A stretch of 64,000 nt of DNA from a virus (lineage: Duplodnaviria; Caudoviricetes), in IMG/VR virus record IMGVR_UViG_3300016744_000001. One strand, written 5' to 3'. The notes beneath the pieces were generated by a model. It saw only the letters and a list, made by a program, of their open reading frames with translations. It was not told the DNA's origin and ran no database searches. Of this stretch, positions 1-8,861 are shown piece after piece. A program made the translations under genes and the position numbers. The first letter of the stretch is position 1, and each line of letters begins with the position of its first letter.

Positions 1-2
1 CG

Positions 3-146
3 AAGACACGTATCCGGTTGGATGAAAACGGTCATGGTACTTTCCGGTTCATTTCCCTTGGTCTTGAGAAGGGTGACATCATGAAGGTCAAAGCTGGTTT
101 CAGGTTCATGACAAACTCTGCTGAAGCGGATATCGCAATCATCTAA
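3..146 (+). CDS. 3' end of a hypothetical protein immediately upstream of the radical SAM pair (partial)
   Basis: Open frame from the window edge: KTRIRLDENGHGTFRFISLGLEKGDIMKVKAGFRFMTNSAEADIAII, TAA at 144-146, then a hairpin. Confidence 0.7.
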   Translation, partial: KTRIRLDENGHGTFRFISLGLEKGDIMKVKAGFRFMTNSAEADIAII

Positions 147-157
147 CAGTCATTCTC

Positions 158-187
158 ACAGAGTCAGGGAGTACTCCCTGACTCTGT
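158..187. terminator. Perfect 30-bp palindrome / terminator-like hairpin
   Basis: ACAGAGTCAGGGAGT|ACTCCCTGACTCTGT just after a stop codon. Confidence 0.7.
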
Positions 188-244
188 ATATCTACTGCAT
201 TATTTATGCATCGGTTACACCAAAAATAAACCTGAGGAACAGAT

Positions 245-1483
245 ATGTTAAGTCTAGTCTTCAATGACAAATCGCTTGAGAAATTCAAGATCGACTTCAA
301 TCCGTACACCATGAAGTTTGGTCAGGATGTCCAAGATATCAAACCGCTGATGACTGTGCAAACAAAGATCCACAGCAAGTCACCAAAAGTGCTCAAAATC
401 ATGCTTGGTGACGCTTGCAACTTTCGCTGTAAGTATTGCCGTCAAGATCATCATGGTCGGAAAGATTCTTTCAATCCGGCACGATTAGCAGCATTCATGC
501 AGATGCTCACGAACAACCTGTCACTGCATCAGCTTGAACGTGTGGAGTACTGGGGCGGTGAACCCCTCTTGTATTGGGATGAAATCCGGTACTTGATGGA
601 CAGAATCGAGACACACGTAAAACGGCCCGTAACGCACCATATAACGACGAATGGCAGTTTGCTGACCAATGACATCGTTTCAGACATAAAGTCGCTTAAA
701 TACCTCTTTAAGCTCTCTCACGATGGTCCTGGGCAAAGTCTTCGCACGGCAGATCCATTGAAGCTGCATGAAAGCAAGATCATGGATCTGTACACCCACA
801 TGAAGACGGCTGAAGGAAGCAAGTTTCACATCAACTCGGTGCTGACCAAATTGTGTCCGTCACCTTTCACGATTGTGGATTTCTTCCGAAAGAGGTTTGA
901 CAACGATGTCTCGATCATGAAGATCGAACCAGTCATCCCGTACAATGATGATGCGTTGTCTTACGCGATCAATCCAGCAGACATGCCGAAGTTCTCATTC
1001 CAGATCGCCAACGACATCATCCGTGGGGATATCGTCAGAAGTGTTGTGGAATACCAACAGCTGTGGGATGCTTTCGTTTTGATGGAAGCTGCCCCTGACT
1101 ACATCTACAACATGACTGAAGCCAAATGTCATGGGTCACAGTTGATGACTATCTGCACTGATCTCGATGGTAACCTCACCCCTTGTCAGGTGTATGACAA
1201 CTACACTCCTGATCAAGTCATCGGCCATCTGACCAAGCTGGATGACATCAAGGAAGAACTTCCTTATGCTCCGATCAATCGCGCCGGTCGTTGCACCAAC
1301 TGCCCTGTGATCTCACTGTGCCGTGGGGTATGCCCACACATTGCTCCTGGTCAGCATGCTGACACCAACTGTCTGATGCGGTACAACACGTACCTGGGTA
1401 TCCTTACTGCGTTCCTGTTTTTCAAGACTCAGAAATTCTTGATTCAAGTTAACGGGGACTATTACCACAACCAACAAAGGTAG
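245..1483 (+). CDS. Radical SAM protein with SPASM domain (1)
   Basis: CNFRCKYC (CxxxCxxC), WGGEPLL, TTNGSLL, SHDGP; C-terminal C...GNLTPC...CTNCPVISLCRGVC...C; GAGG RBS. Confidence 0.93.
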   Translation: MLSLVFNDKSLEKFKIDFNPYTMKFGQDVQDIKPLMTVQTKIHSKSPKVLKIMLGDACNFRCKYCRQDHHGRKDSFNPARLAAFMQMLTNNLSLHQLERVEYWGGEPLLYWDEIRYLMDRIETHVKRPVTHHITTNGSLLTNDIVSDIKSLKYLFKLSHDGPGQSLRTADPLKLHESKIMDLYTHMKTAEGSKFHINSVLTKLCPSPFTIVDFFRKRFDNDVSIMKIEPVIPYNDDALSYAINPADMPKFSFQIANDIIRGDIVRSVVEYQQLWDAFVLMEAAPDYIYNMTEAKCHGSQLMTICTDLDGNLTPCQVYDNYTPDQVIGHLTKLDDIKEELPYAPINRAGRCTNCPVISLCRGVCPHIAPGQHADTNCLMRYNTYLGILTAFLFFKTQKFLIQVNGDYYHNQQR

Positions 1484-1488
1484 TTCAC

Positions 1489-2820
1489 ATGCAACTGATT
1501 ACCTTAAAGAATGGTACTCAGCTTAAGTTCGATCCAGTCAGCGTTAAGTTCTTCCAGATGGACGGTACTCCGATCACGGTCAGGAATGATATCAATGCTG
1601 ATCAAGATTGTTCCAAAGTGAGTAACCAACTGAACATGCACATGCATGCGAACACAAGATTCGACAACCCGAAAAACTTGCGTATCGTTCTTGGGCACGC
1701 CTGCAACTTCAAGTGCAAATACTGCAGTCAGAGTCACTCACCTCTTGACCTGCCCCCGGCCAAACAAGTTAGCAAGTTCATGATGGACTTGTTCAAAACG
1801 ACTAATCTTTCCCAGTTGAAGGTTATCCAATTCTGGGGTGGTGAACCACTGCTGTACTGGCCAACCATCTGCTTCTTTATGGATGCATTCCGGGAGATCA
1901 ATCCCAACATTGGGTTCTCTATCGTGACCAATGGTAGTTTGATCACCAAGCGCATGGGCGATGTCATTCTGAACGACGACCAGTTTGGTTTCATCCTTTC
2001 TCATGACGGTCCGGGTCAACATCTCCGTGGGATTGATCCATTGGCTCTGGGTTCTCGTACCAGAGACATCCTGTTACAGTTGGCAAAGGAAAAGGTGCCC
2101 AACCAACACCGGAAGTACTTGAATGAAGGAAGGAACTTTGCAGTCAATCCGGTGATCACCTCAGCTGTGGGTTCACTCACATCCTTGGTAGAATGGTACG
2201 ACAAAGCCTTTGAAGGTTGCGAAGTACCAATCGCTGAATCAATTCCTGTGATCCCAATCCAAGACGACACGGCACAATACGCGCTGCATCATGACGATCT
2301 ACCCAAGTATACAGCGATGATCTACCACGATCTACTGAAGCTTGGGTTGCATCGTTTTGACAACTACAAGATGCTGTATGATCTCTTCCTTCAGAAGTGG
2401 TCACTTCCGCAATTCTTGGTGAACCCCAAAAAAGCTTTGTGCTTCACCACCGATCCATACATGCTGACATTGGACCTGAATGGTAACATCTTACCATGCC
2501 AGACTTTTGCAGCTTCGGATCATCTTGGTAATGGGGAACCAGCATCTTACAGTAACCTGCTGGATTTTGGTGACAAGACTGATCCCACCACAACCGGACC
2601 AGACATCAAAATGCCAACAGTTCATGGTTATGGTAGCCGAGGTAGTAAGTGTAGTAACTGCCCAGTAGTTTCTTTCTGCATGGGTGGTTGTCCTTACCTT
2701 GTTGGTGCACAACACGACATTGACTGCCGTGTCAAGTACCATCATTTCCTTGGACTACTGTTTACCTTTGTCACAATGGCCTTTGGTGAAAAGGTCCTCA
2801 AAATCGAAACCCTCGATTGA
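1489..2820 (+). CDS. Radical SAM protein with SPASM domain (2), paralogue of 245..1483
   Basis: CNFKCKYC, FWGGEPLLYW, VTNGSL, SHDGPGQ; C...GNILPC...CSNCPVVSFCMGGC...C. Confidence 0.93.
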   Translation: MQLITLKNGTQLKFDPVSVKFFQMDGTPITVRNDINADQDCSKVSNQLNMHMHANTRFDNPKNLRIVLGHACNFKCKYCSQSHSPLDLPPAKQVSKFMMDLFKTTNLSQLKVIQFWGGEPLLYWPTICFFMDAFREINPNIGFSIVTNGSLITKRMGDVILNDDQFGFILSHDGPGQHLRGIDPLALGSRTRDILLQLAKEKVPNQHRKYLNEGRNFAVNPVITSAVGSLTSLVEWYDKAFEGCEVPIAESIPVIPIQDDTAQYALHHDDLPKYTAMIYHDLLKLGLHRFDNYKMLYDLFLQKWSLPQFLVNPKKALCFTTDPYMLTLDLNGNILPCQTFAASDHLGNGEPASYSNLLDFGDKTDPTTTGPDIKMPTVHGYGSRGSKCSNCPVVSFCMGGCPYLVGAQHDIDCRVKYHHFLGLLFTFVTMAFGEKVLKIETLD

Positions 2821-2825
2821 TGACT

Positions 2826-2853
2826 ATCCCTGCTAGGCTATCCTAGCAGGGAT
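2826..2853. terminator. Hairpin between convergent genes
   Basis: ATCCCTGCTAGG-ctat-CCTAGCAGGGAT. Confidence 0.75.
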
Positions 2854-2857
2854 GTCT

Positions 2858-3136
2858 TTACTTGCATTTCATTGGCTGTGCTGGTTGAGTGCTAAATGAT
2901 GGTACATCAAACAACTGCAGCATGAACCCCTTTTCATGAATGAGTACTACAACACCATTGACGCACCACATGTCAATGTTGGCTCCCCAGCTTTTCGAAG
3001 ATTTGAAATGATCCATTTCTCTGATGGGCTTGTCTTCGATTGTTGCTGCAATCACTGCCTCAGTTGCAATCTGGTCAGTAGCAACACCACAAAGAACTAC
3101 CAACAAAACAATGAGTTTAAAAATAAACTTCCGCAT
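2858..3136 (-). CDS. Small exported or membrane-anchored protein
   Basis: MRKFIFKLIVLLVVLCG signal-peptide-like N-terminus; AGGAG RBS; two Cys in the mature part. Confidence 0.7.
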   Translation of the reverse strand: MRKFIFKLIVLLVVLCGVATDQIATEAVIAATIEDKPIREMDHFKSSKSWGANIDMWCVNGVVVLIHEKGFMLQLFDVPSFSTQPAQPMKCK

Positions 3137-3198
3137 ACATGTTCTCCTTTATATAACCGTACCATCAAATACCAATTCAACGAAAGGTCTTTCCACGA

Positions 3199-3206
3199 TA
3201 TATTAC
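3199..3206 (+). promoter_or_regulatory. phiKZ-type early promoter motif TATATTAC
   Basis: Exact motif, intergenic, upstream of a + strand gene. Confidence 0.7.
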
Positions 3207-3283
3207 AACCTTGAACGTATGCTGTGGATCTTTACGACAATTCTTGATTGTATACAGAAATCTCTGCTAAAGAGGAGTGTTTG

Positions 3284-4408
3284 ATGAAAAGTCAACAGTT
3301 CATCTACGTTGATGCGCATCCAAAAGAACTGAAGGATGACTCGCAATATAAGTGTCTTGGTACCGTTGAGATCAGTGATGTGTTCTACACGGTTGAAGTG
3401 GATGGTCGCATCCAGCTCAAGCTGGTTACTTCTGCTCCGGGCTGGGCCAAGATTCTCAATGACTGTACACAATTTAACACCGAGACCATCTGCGCTGTTC
3501 TGATGGATACGGAAGATGTCACCATCGGTGACTCGTTCGAAGTCTTTCGTTTAATGGACAATGGACGCACTGAACTGAAAGAACAGGAGAACGAGTACTT
3601 CAACCTCAGTGCCAAGGATGATGAGAACCATCTGGTCTTTCGTTGGCGGTTGAAATCAAGGTATCATGGTGACCCTGAAAAGCACACCACCCGAACGGCC
3701 TCTGTCGTCTATGGACCTCGGTTCTGCCCAATCTGTGGGGAGGAGCTGGACATTGATGAAACGATCGGTGATCCCATCTGTCCGAATAGTAACTGCCGAA
3801 TCTACAAGTATCTGGCGATTACTCGTTTCTTAAATGTCGCTTGCAGGTTGCCACAGCATCAACGGTTTGGTCGTCTCCTTGTTGACCATCAAGTGATTGG
3901 GTCAACAGCGGATATTTTCGAAGTGCTTTCCAGCAAGAAGTCCTTGCTTCAGCAGTACGGAAATCCACAGTACGTCAAAACGTTTATTGACGACCTGTCA
4001 TCAATCAAAGGAACAATCACTCTCGCTGACTGGGTGAACTCCCTTCCGACACTGCGTCATGACTTCTACATGGTGGAGAAACCGCTTGTCAAGATCTGTC
4101 AACCCGCCGGCAATGTTGTCAATCTGAAGAACTACCTGTGTGCAACTGCGCTCAACAAGGATTTTGGGAGTAACCCAGTAAACCTCGTGAACTGGGTGGA
4201 CGACTTGTTCAGTGATGTCATCTATGCTGATGACACTACTGAATTTGCAGATTGGCGGGAATCCCAAACGAAGAAGATCTTGAAGTACATGTCGGTTCCT
4301 GTCTTCTTCAGCCTTGCAGAAGTTTTCAACTATGGCCATCCGTCAGAAGAAGACTATCCCACAACATTGGAAAAGCTCCAACGTCTTGGAGTATTCAAAA
4401 CCAGTTAG
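3284..4408 (+). CDS. NAD+-dependent DNA ligase-derived protein (OB fold + C4 zinc finger + HhH-like region; no adenylation domain)
   Basis: DVFYTVEVDGRI..CTQFN..DVTIGDSFEVFR resembles the LigA OB domain; CPICG..CPNSNC resembles the LigA Zn finger; LVDHQVIGSTADIF resembles the HhH region; no KxDG; GAGGAG RBS. Confidence 0.65.
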   Translation: MKSQQFIYVDAHPKELKDDSQYKCLGTVEISDVFYTVEVDGRIQLKLVTSAPGWAKILNDCTQFNTETICAVLMDTEDVTIGDSFEVFRLMDNGRTELKEQENEYFNLSAKDDENHLVFRWRLKSRYHGDPEKHTTRTASVVYGPRFCPICGEELDIDETIGDPICPNSNCRIYKYLAITRFLNVACRLPQHQRFGRLLVDHQVIGSTADIFEVLSSKKSLLQQYGNPQYVKTFIDDLSSIKGTITLADWVNSLPTLRHDFYMVEKPLVKICQPAGNVVNLKNYLCATALNKDFGSNPVNLVNWVDDLFSDVIYADDTTEFADWRESQTKKILKYMSVPVFFSLAEVFNYGHPSEEDYPTTLEKLQRLGVFKTS

Positions 4409-4450
4409 GAATAATCACTGATTTCGATTTGGTGAAACACTGAATAGAAA

Positions 4451-4458
4451 TATATTAC
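4451..4458 (+). promoter_or_regulatory. Early promoter motif TATATTAC
   Basis: Exact motif, intergenic. Confidence 0.7.
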
Positions 4459-4567
4459 AACATTGTGGTCCTGTCAGGAAAGTAAATCTATACTTCTTGG
4501 TGGTATCACATGCTGTTAACAGCGGTATGGTTTATCAACACAAACACTTTCCATGGAGAACAGAGTC

Positions 4568-5095
4568 ATGAGTACCGAAAAAATCGCCAGCAATGATCCC
4601 AACCGTATTGAAGCCCTTTCCAAGAAAATGCGCGAAGGCGCCACCGTGGCCGCCCCCGAAAAGGGCAAAGAACACATTGCTGAGCTTGAAGTTCCCGAAG
4701 CTATCATCCTTGAAGCCCTTGGCGAACGCGGCATCACGCGTGACCAGATCAAAGAAGTCGCCACCGGCGTCGTCGAACTGACCCGCGCTGCCCATCACTG
4801 CGCCACCGTGCACAACATCGATCGCATCAAAACCGCCGTCAAATCCAAGACCGATCCCCGCAACTTCGAAACCCGTGTGTCCGGCAATGTCGGCCGCTCC
4901 CTGCAGATCAACGCCTCGTCCAAAGCCATGCGCGAAGGCGAAATCACCACGCCTACCGGTGAAAAGAAATCCTACCGCACCTTCGGCACCGGCAAGGGTC
5001 AGGCAATCATGGGCGGTGGCCTTGGTGCCGCCATGTCCAGCGACCTGGCTGAAAAAGTCAAGAACGCCTTCGACGGCTGCGAATACCTGAAGTAA
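4568..5095 (+). CDS. Hypothetical protein, probably highly expressed early protein
   Basis: GGAG RBS; strong C-ending codon bias like the capsid gene; own promoter and hairpin. Confidence 0.8.
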   Translation: MSTEKIASNDPNRIEALSKKMREGATVAAPEKGKEHIAELEVPEAIILEALGERGITRDQIKEVATGVVELTRAAHHCATVHNIDRIKTAVKSKTDPRNFETRVSGNVGRSLQINASSKAMREGEITTPTGEKKSYRTFGTGKGQAIMGGGLGAAMSSDLAEKVKNAFDGCEYLK

Positions 5096-5114
5096 GCGCC
5101 CTTCCCCGGCACGT

Positions 5115-5150
5115 GTACCACCCTGCAGCTGCTTGGCTGCAGGGTGGTAC
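5115..5150. terminator. Hairpin
   Basis: GTACCACCCTGCAGC-tgcttg-GCTGCAGGGTGGTAC. Confidence 0.75.
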
Positions 5151-5247
5151 TATCTACTTAAACATGTGAATGAAATTTTTTCTACCGATATATCACTGCT
5201 CAGGATACCATCCTCAACATTTTAACATTACCTAAAAAGGATCTATC

Positions 5248-5880
5248 ATGAGCACCGCAGACTTCAGCAAACTGCTTCCTGTCATCCGTGAACTTGAAGC
5301 AATGGATTGGGCAGAACGTGCCTTGATCGCCAAGGCCATCAACCACATCAACATGCAGGTCGACTTGATTGTCGACTACCCCAAGCTTGAAGAGCTGGAA
5401 GAACGCTTCGCGCAGCACCTTGAAAGTCGCCAGATCAGCGACATCCTCACCGGCCGTCTCCCACTGGACCAGGTCAACGACGAACTGTTTGAAAAGCTCG
5501 GCAAGGACCCCAGGTTTGAATACCTGCTGATCGAGCGGTTCAAGCAGCTTGGCATCAACCTCAACGACCACGAAGGTCTCCTTGACCGCTGGGTCAACAG
5601 CGACAACCGTGATGCCATGGTCACCCACACCACGGGTATCCCCAGCCATGGTGAAAACAGTGGCATCCCCATCGAAGACTCCAACAACTTCGCGATCCCG
5701 CCGACTGAGCATTCGCTCATGACAGCTGACAGCGCTGCGCAGACTGAAGGGTCTGTGCAGAGCGCTGATCCCGCCGGCAATCCGGTGACCATCGTTGGTG
5801 CTGAACAGGTCAGCACCACGGCTTCTGCCACCACTGACATCAACACCCGGACCGCAAATCGGCATTCCGGAAAAAAATAG
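5248..5880 (+). CDS. Hypothetical acidic protein; possible -1 frameshift extension to 6083
   Basis: AAGGA RBS; TATATCAC promoter variant at 5189; ends GGA AAA AAA TAG. Confidence 0.75.
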   Translation: MSTADFSKLLPVIRELEAMDWAERALIAKAINHINMQVDLIVDYPKLEELEERFAQHLESRQISDILTGRLPLDQVNDELFEKLGKDPRFEYLLIERFKQLGINLNDHEGLLDRWVNSDNRDAMVTHTTGIPSHGENSGIPIEDSNNFAIPPTEHSLMTADSAAQTEGSVQSADPAGNPVTIVGAEQVSTTASATTDINTRTANRHSGKK

Positions 5881-5932
5881 CCGGGGATAGGAATGGCCGA
5901 CCTCGTGCTCGGCACTTCCGGTCTCCGTCCCC
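5871..5932 (+). other. Candidate -1 programmed ribosomal frameshift signal
   Basis: In-frame A_AAA_AAA heptamer before TAG; GC-rich stem-loop 5883-5932; -1 frame open to TAG at 6081-6083. Confidence 0.55.
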
Positions 5933-6094
5933 TATGAGAAAAACCGCAGTAGCGGAGACACCTGCGGATGACGCAGTTGATCACCAGACTACCAACTCTG
6001 TGGTTGACAATTGCGCATCAAACAAACTTCAAGTGGATTCGGTCCCAGCGATCGATCCCTCCTTGCTGGATTGTGGAACGTAGTGCACTACAAA

Positions 6095-6128
6095 CATCTG
6101 GGTACCAGGATTTCCTGGTACCCAGATG
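6095..6128. terminator. Hairpin between convergent genes
   Basis: CATCTGGGTACCAGGA-tt-TCCTGGTACCCAGATG. Confidence 0.75.
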
Positions 6129-6129
6129 G

Positions 6130-6828
6130 CTACGTCAAGTAAGGCGATTTATATTTACATTTCTTCAACAACTTCTTCACAGTCTTTGTAAAGGAAGTCA
6201 TCCGTGGTTCCAATACTTTTGCATCCAGCATTGGTTTCCACAACTTTGAAAAGGTAAAGCCAATGCTTATCGCATCAATGCTGTGTTCTGTGAACAAAGC
6301 ACTGTCAGGCATTTTACCTACTTTAAACCCACGAAAGGTTATTTCTTTTTGTTGTACACGACAGTTAAGTGCCGTGGTCATATCGTCTTTTGTCGCTTTA
6401 CCACCAAGCTCATGTGACATCACTTTCTTGATCAATGTGGGTGGAGTTTTGAATACTCGCGCTGTCACTGGATCAATGAGTATACCTTCTTCATACATTC
6501 CGTGTAAGGTTGATTCCATCGCGTAGATGGCAATCAGCAACGAAATAAATGCATTTGGACGAGAAGGATTGTAGAACGCATCTTCACTAGCGATGTAGTC
6601 TGGTTTGTACATCATCACCAATTCTCGAATTGTTCTACCTATTACCTTACCACACAGTACTCGATCTGAGTACCACTTGTGGTCTTTACGATACCTGCTT
6701 TCTTTTGGGTAAGCAGATGGGTAAAGTGTGTTATGCTCAAATACTTCAAAATTGTTATCAGTGACTTGACTAAACGCATACCCAAAGGAATTAGTTCCCG
6801 GGTCAATTGATAAAACTGTATAGGTCAT
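6130..6828 (-). CDS. ruvC: RuvC-like Holliday junction resolvase
   Basis: VLSIDPGTNSFGYA, IASEDAF, KATKDDM, SIDAISIG acidic catalytic pattern. Confidence 0.85.
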   Translation of the reverse strand: MTYTVLSIDPGTNSFGYAFSQVTDNNFEVFEHNTLYPSAYPKESRYRKDHKWYSDRVLCGKVIGRTIRELVMMYKPDYIASEDAFYNPSRPNAFISLLIAIYAMESTLHGMYEEGILIDPVTARVFKTPPTLIKKVMSHELGGKATKDDMTTALNCRVQQKEITFRGFKVGKMPDSALFTEHSIDAISIGFTFSKLWKPMLDAKVLEPRMTSFTKTVKKLLKKCKYKSPYLT

Positions 6829-6892
6829 TGTAAAACTCCAACAGTGGTATTCACTGTATAATCACAATCCAGTCGAAACTAACGAGGGATAT

Positions 6893-7570
6893 ATGGAAGT
6901 CATCGACCAGATCTTGGATTCTCCACTGAAGAAATTTGATTCGTACTACGTACCGATCTTAACACAAATACGAGATTGCATCCTTGCAAACTCCACAAAA
7001 CGGGCATCTCGGGATGCTGAATTTGAGACGTTGAGGAAAGCAGTGTCAATACTGCAATTGGTTCCAGCCGAGGTCATGAAGCATTGCGAATTCGTGAGGA
7101 CATCAAAGAACCTGCGAATGACCATTGCTCACTCTCGAAATTTTAAAGAACATGACTCACACACAGCAACTCCACCAACTCCAGAAGAAATCAGAGTTAT
7201 TGAAGATACCATGCGGTTGATTTTCAAACTCTTCCGGACAAAGAAAGTTGATAATGTTCAACTCGAACACCCAGTGACAACATTCAGTCACAATGGTCAA
7301 GCGGTCAGAATACCGCAAGATGATTTCATCATCTACACAATCACGTTTCATGGTGGGTCAAGTCTGGTGATTAACCTTTCACCACAGCAAATACACATCA
7401 ACTTTTACAACACGCTGGGTCCGATAAAAATATCCCAAGAAGTAGTGTTGTTTGATATCTTTCTGGAGCAAAACATCCTGATCTCGATCATACGACTCAT
7501 GATCAATTGTTGTTTCTTTGCCGGATTTGATGATAACCCCATCATAAATCCATCTGAAAATGGAGAATGA
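6893..7570 (+). CDS. Hypothetical protein, tandem paralogue family member 1
   Basis: 225 aa, GAGG RBS, shared motif EFETLRKAVSILQLVPAEV. Confidence 0.75.
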   Translation: MEVIDQILDSPLKKFDSYYVPILTQIRDCILANSTKRASRDAEFETLRKAVSILQLVPAEVMKHCEFVRTSKNLRMTIAHSRNFKEHDSHTATPPTPEEIRVIEDTMRLIFKLFRTKKVDNVQLEHPVTTFSHNGQAVRIPQDDFIIYTITFHGGSSLVINLSPQQIHINFYNTLGPIKISQEVVLFDIFLEQNILISIIRLMINCCFFAGFDDNPIINPSENGE

Positions 7571-7573
7571 TCA

Positions 7574-8197
7574 ATGAACCCACAGATTCAGAAGTTGCTG
7601 CATACTCAGTTTCAAGATCTGATCTTGTCTGATCTTCAGCACAACACATTTGCTGAAAAATCCCCAATAAGCCTTAACACGATGCTTGAGATGGTCAACT
7701 TCATTGATGCCACAATCGCAGTTGAAGTCCCACTGGAGCAAATCTTTGACTTGGCCGACAACGGTCTCACCAATGAAGACTTCAGTGAAAACTACACGCA
7801 TCTGTGGTTGCAGCTTAACGAAGAACTTCGGGATGGTGGGCTCTCTGGATTTAATCCAGAACCAGTTAGTCGGGAACACACTCCTGCTGGTAAACTTGAC
7901 CTAGCCGGCGGTGAGTTCAAGGTCCTACCTGATGGGGTTACGGCTTTTTTCCTACTTCGTAACCCCACAACCAATGACCATTACAAGTTCACGCATCGAA
8001 CCTTCCAGATGTACGAAGGTAGTCAATTTGGTCAAATGACTAAATACGTTGGGACAACGAATCCCATGATCAACCTGTTTATTCAGTACTACTTCTGGAA
8101 AAGCTTAGCCGTATCTTGCCATCCTAATTTTAGTGAAAAAGGCAAGGACCATTATCGAAACCTCAAGCAGATGCTTATACTTCAGCATCTACTCTAA
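7574..8197 (+). CDS. Hypothetical protein, tandem paralogue family member 2
   Basis: 207 aa, GGAG RBS, SLNTMLEMV..VPLEQI. Confidence 0.75.
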   Translation: MNPQIQKLLHTQFQDLILSDLQHNTFAEKSPISLNTMLEMVNFIDATIAVEVPLEQIFDLADNGLTNEDFSENYTHLWLQLNEELRDGGLSGFNPEPVSREHTPAGKLDLAGGEFKVLPDGVTAFFLLRNPTTNDHYKFTHRTFQMYEGSQFGQMTKYVGTTNPMINLFIQYYFWKSLAVSCHPNFSEKGKDHYRNLKQMLILQHLL

Positions 8198-8214
8198 TAT
8201 ACAAGGAGGTAGTG

Positions 8215-8853
8215 ATGGCATGGACCATGACGGGGGGCCTGAAAGGACTGCCAATGGAATACATCAGCAACCGGTATCCAATGTTTACTGCCGAATACAA
8301 ACCCATACTTCCGACATGCCGTGTGCTCAAGCCAATTTTACAACAGATCACCGATCTGTTGATTGCTGACTATGATCAACCTGAAGAAGCAAGGCAACAA
8401 GAATGGGAGACCCTTTGTATTGGGATTGCTCATGCTGAAATGACCAAGTCTGAAGTTGCAAACCATTTTAAGATTGTGGCAAGCTTAGTGCAGACTTACG
8501 GTGTGATGAAAGGTCGTGTCTCACTGGCGATTAAACTTGAAACTAGAAAAGAGCCGCAACCAAAACCAATTGATCAAACTGTCTTTGGTGAAGCGATGTC
8601 ATTTTGGGCAGGACACCCAGACGATGATGGTTTGCGAACAGTGGCAAAAAACCAAGAGGTTGATATTTTTCGGTACGATCATCCGAGTAAGGGCTTTCTA
8701 TCAACCAACCGAGACAGTTTGATAATCATTTCATCAACGTCAGATAAACAAGTATCGATTTACGCTGACGGTGGTGTGGCAAGCTATTTTACGGTGCGCT
8801 GTACGTATTGGTTTTGTGCTTGGGTGGATAAGCAGAATACTCAAACTTCATAG
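8215..8853 (+). CDS. Hypothetical protein, tandem paralogue family member 3
   Basis: AGGAGG RBS, EWETLCIGIAHAEMTKSEV. Confidence 0.75.
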   Translation: MAWTMTGGLKGLPMEYISNRYPMFTAEYKPILPTCRVLKPILQQITDLLIADYDQPEEARQQEWETLCIGIAHAEMTKSEVANHFKIVASLVQTYGVMKGRVSLAIKLETRKEPQPKPIDQTVFGEAMSFWAGHPDDDGLRTVAKNQEVDIFRYDHPSKGFLSTNRDSLIIISSTSDKQVSIYADGGVASYFTVRCTYWFCAWVDKQNTQTS

Positions 8854-8861
8854 GAGAAAGC

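Noticed and set aside
2858-3136. Small ORF as the radical SAM precursor peptide
   Set aside because: Opposite strand, beyond the hairpin, has a signal peptide and only three scattered Cys.
5200-5984. 221-aa and 202-aa minus-strand ORFs
   Set aside because: Antisense to 5248..5880, which has the RBS, promoter and codon bias.
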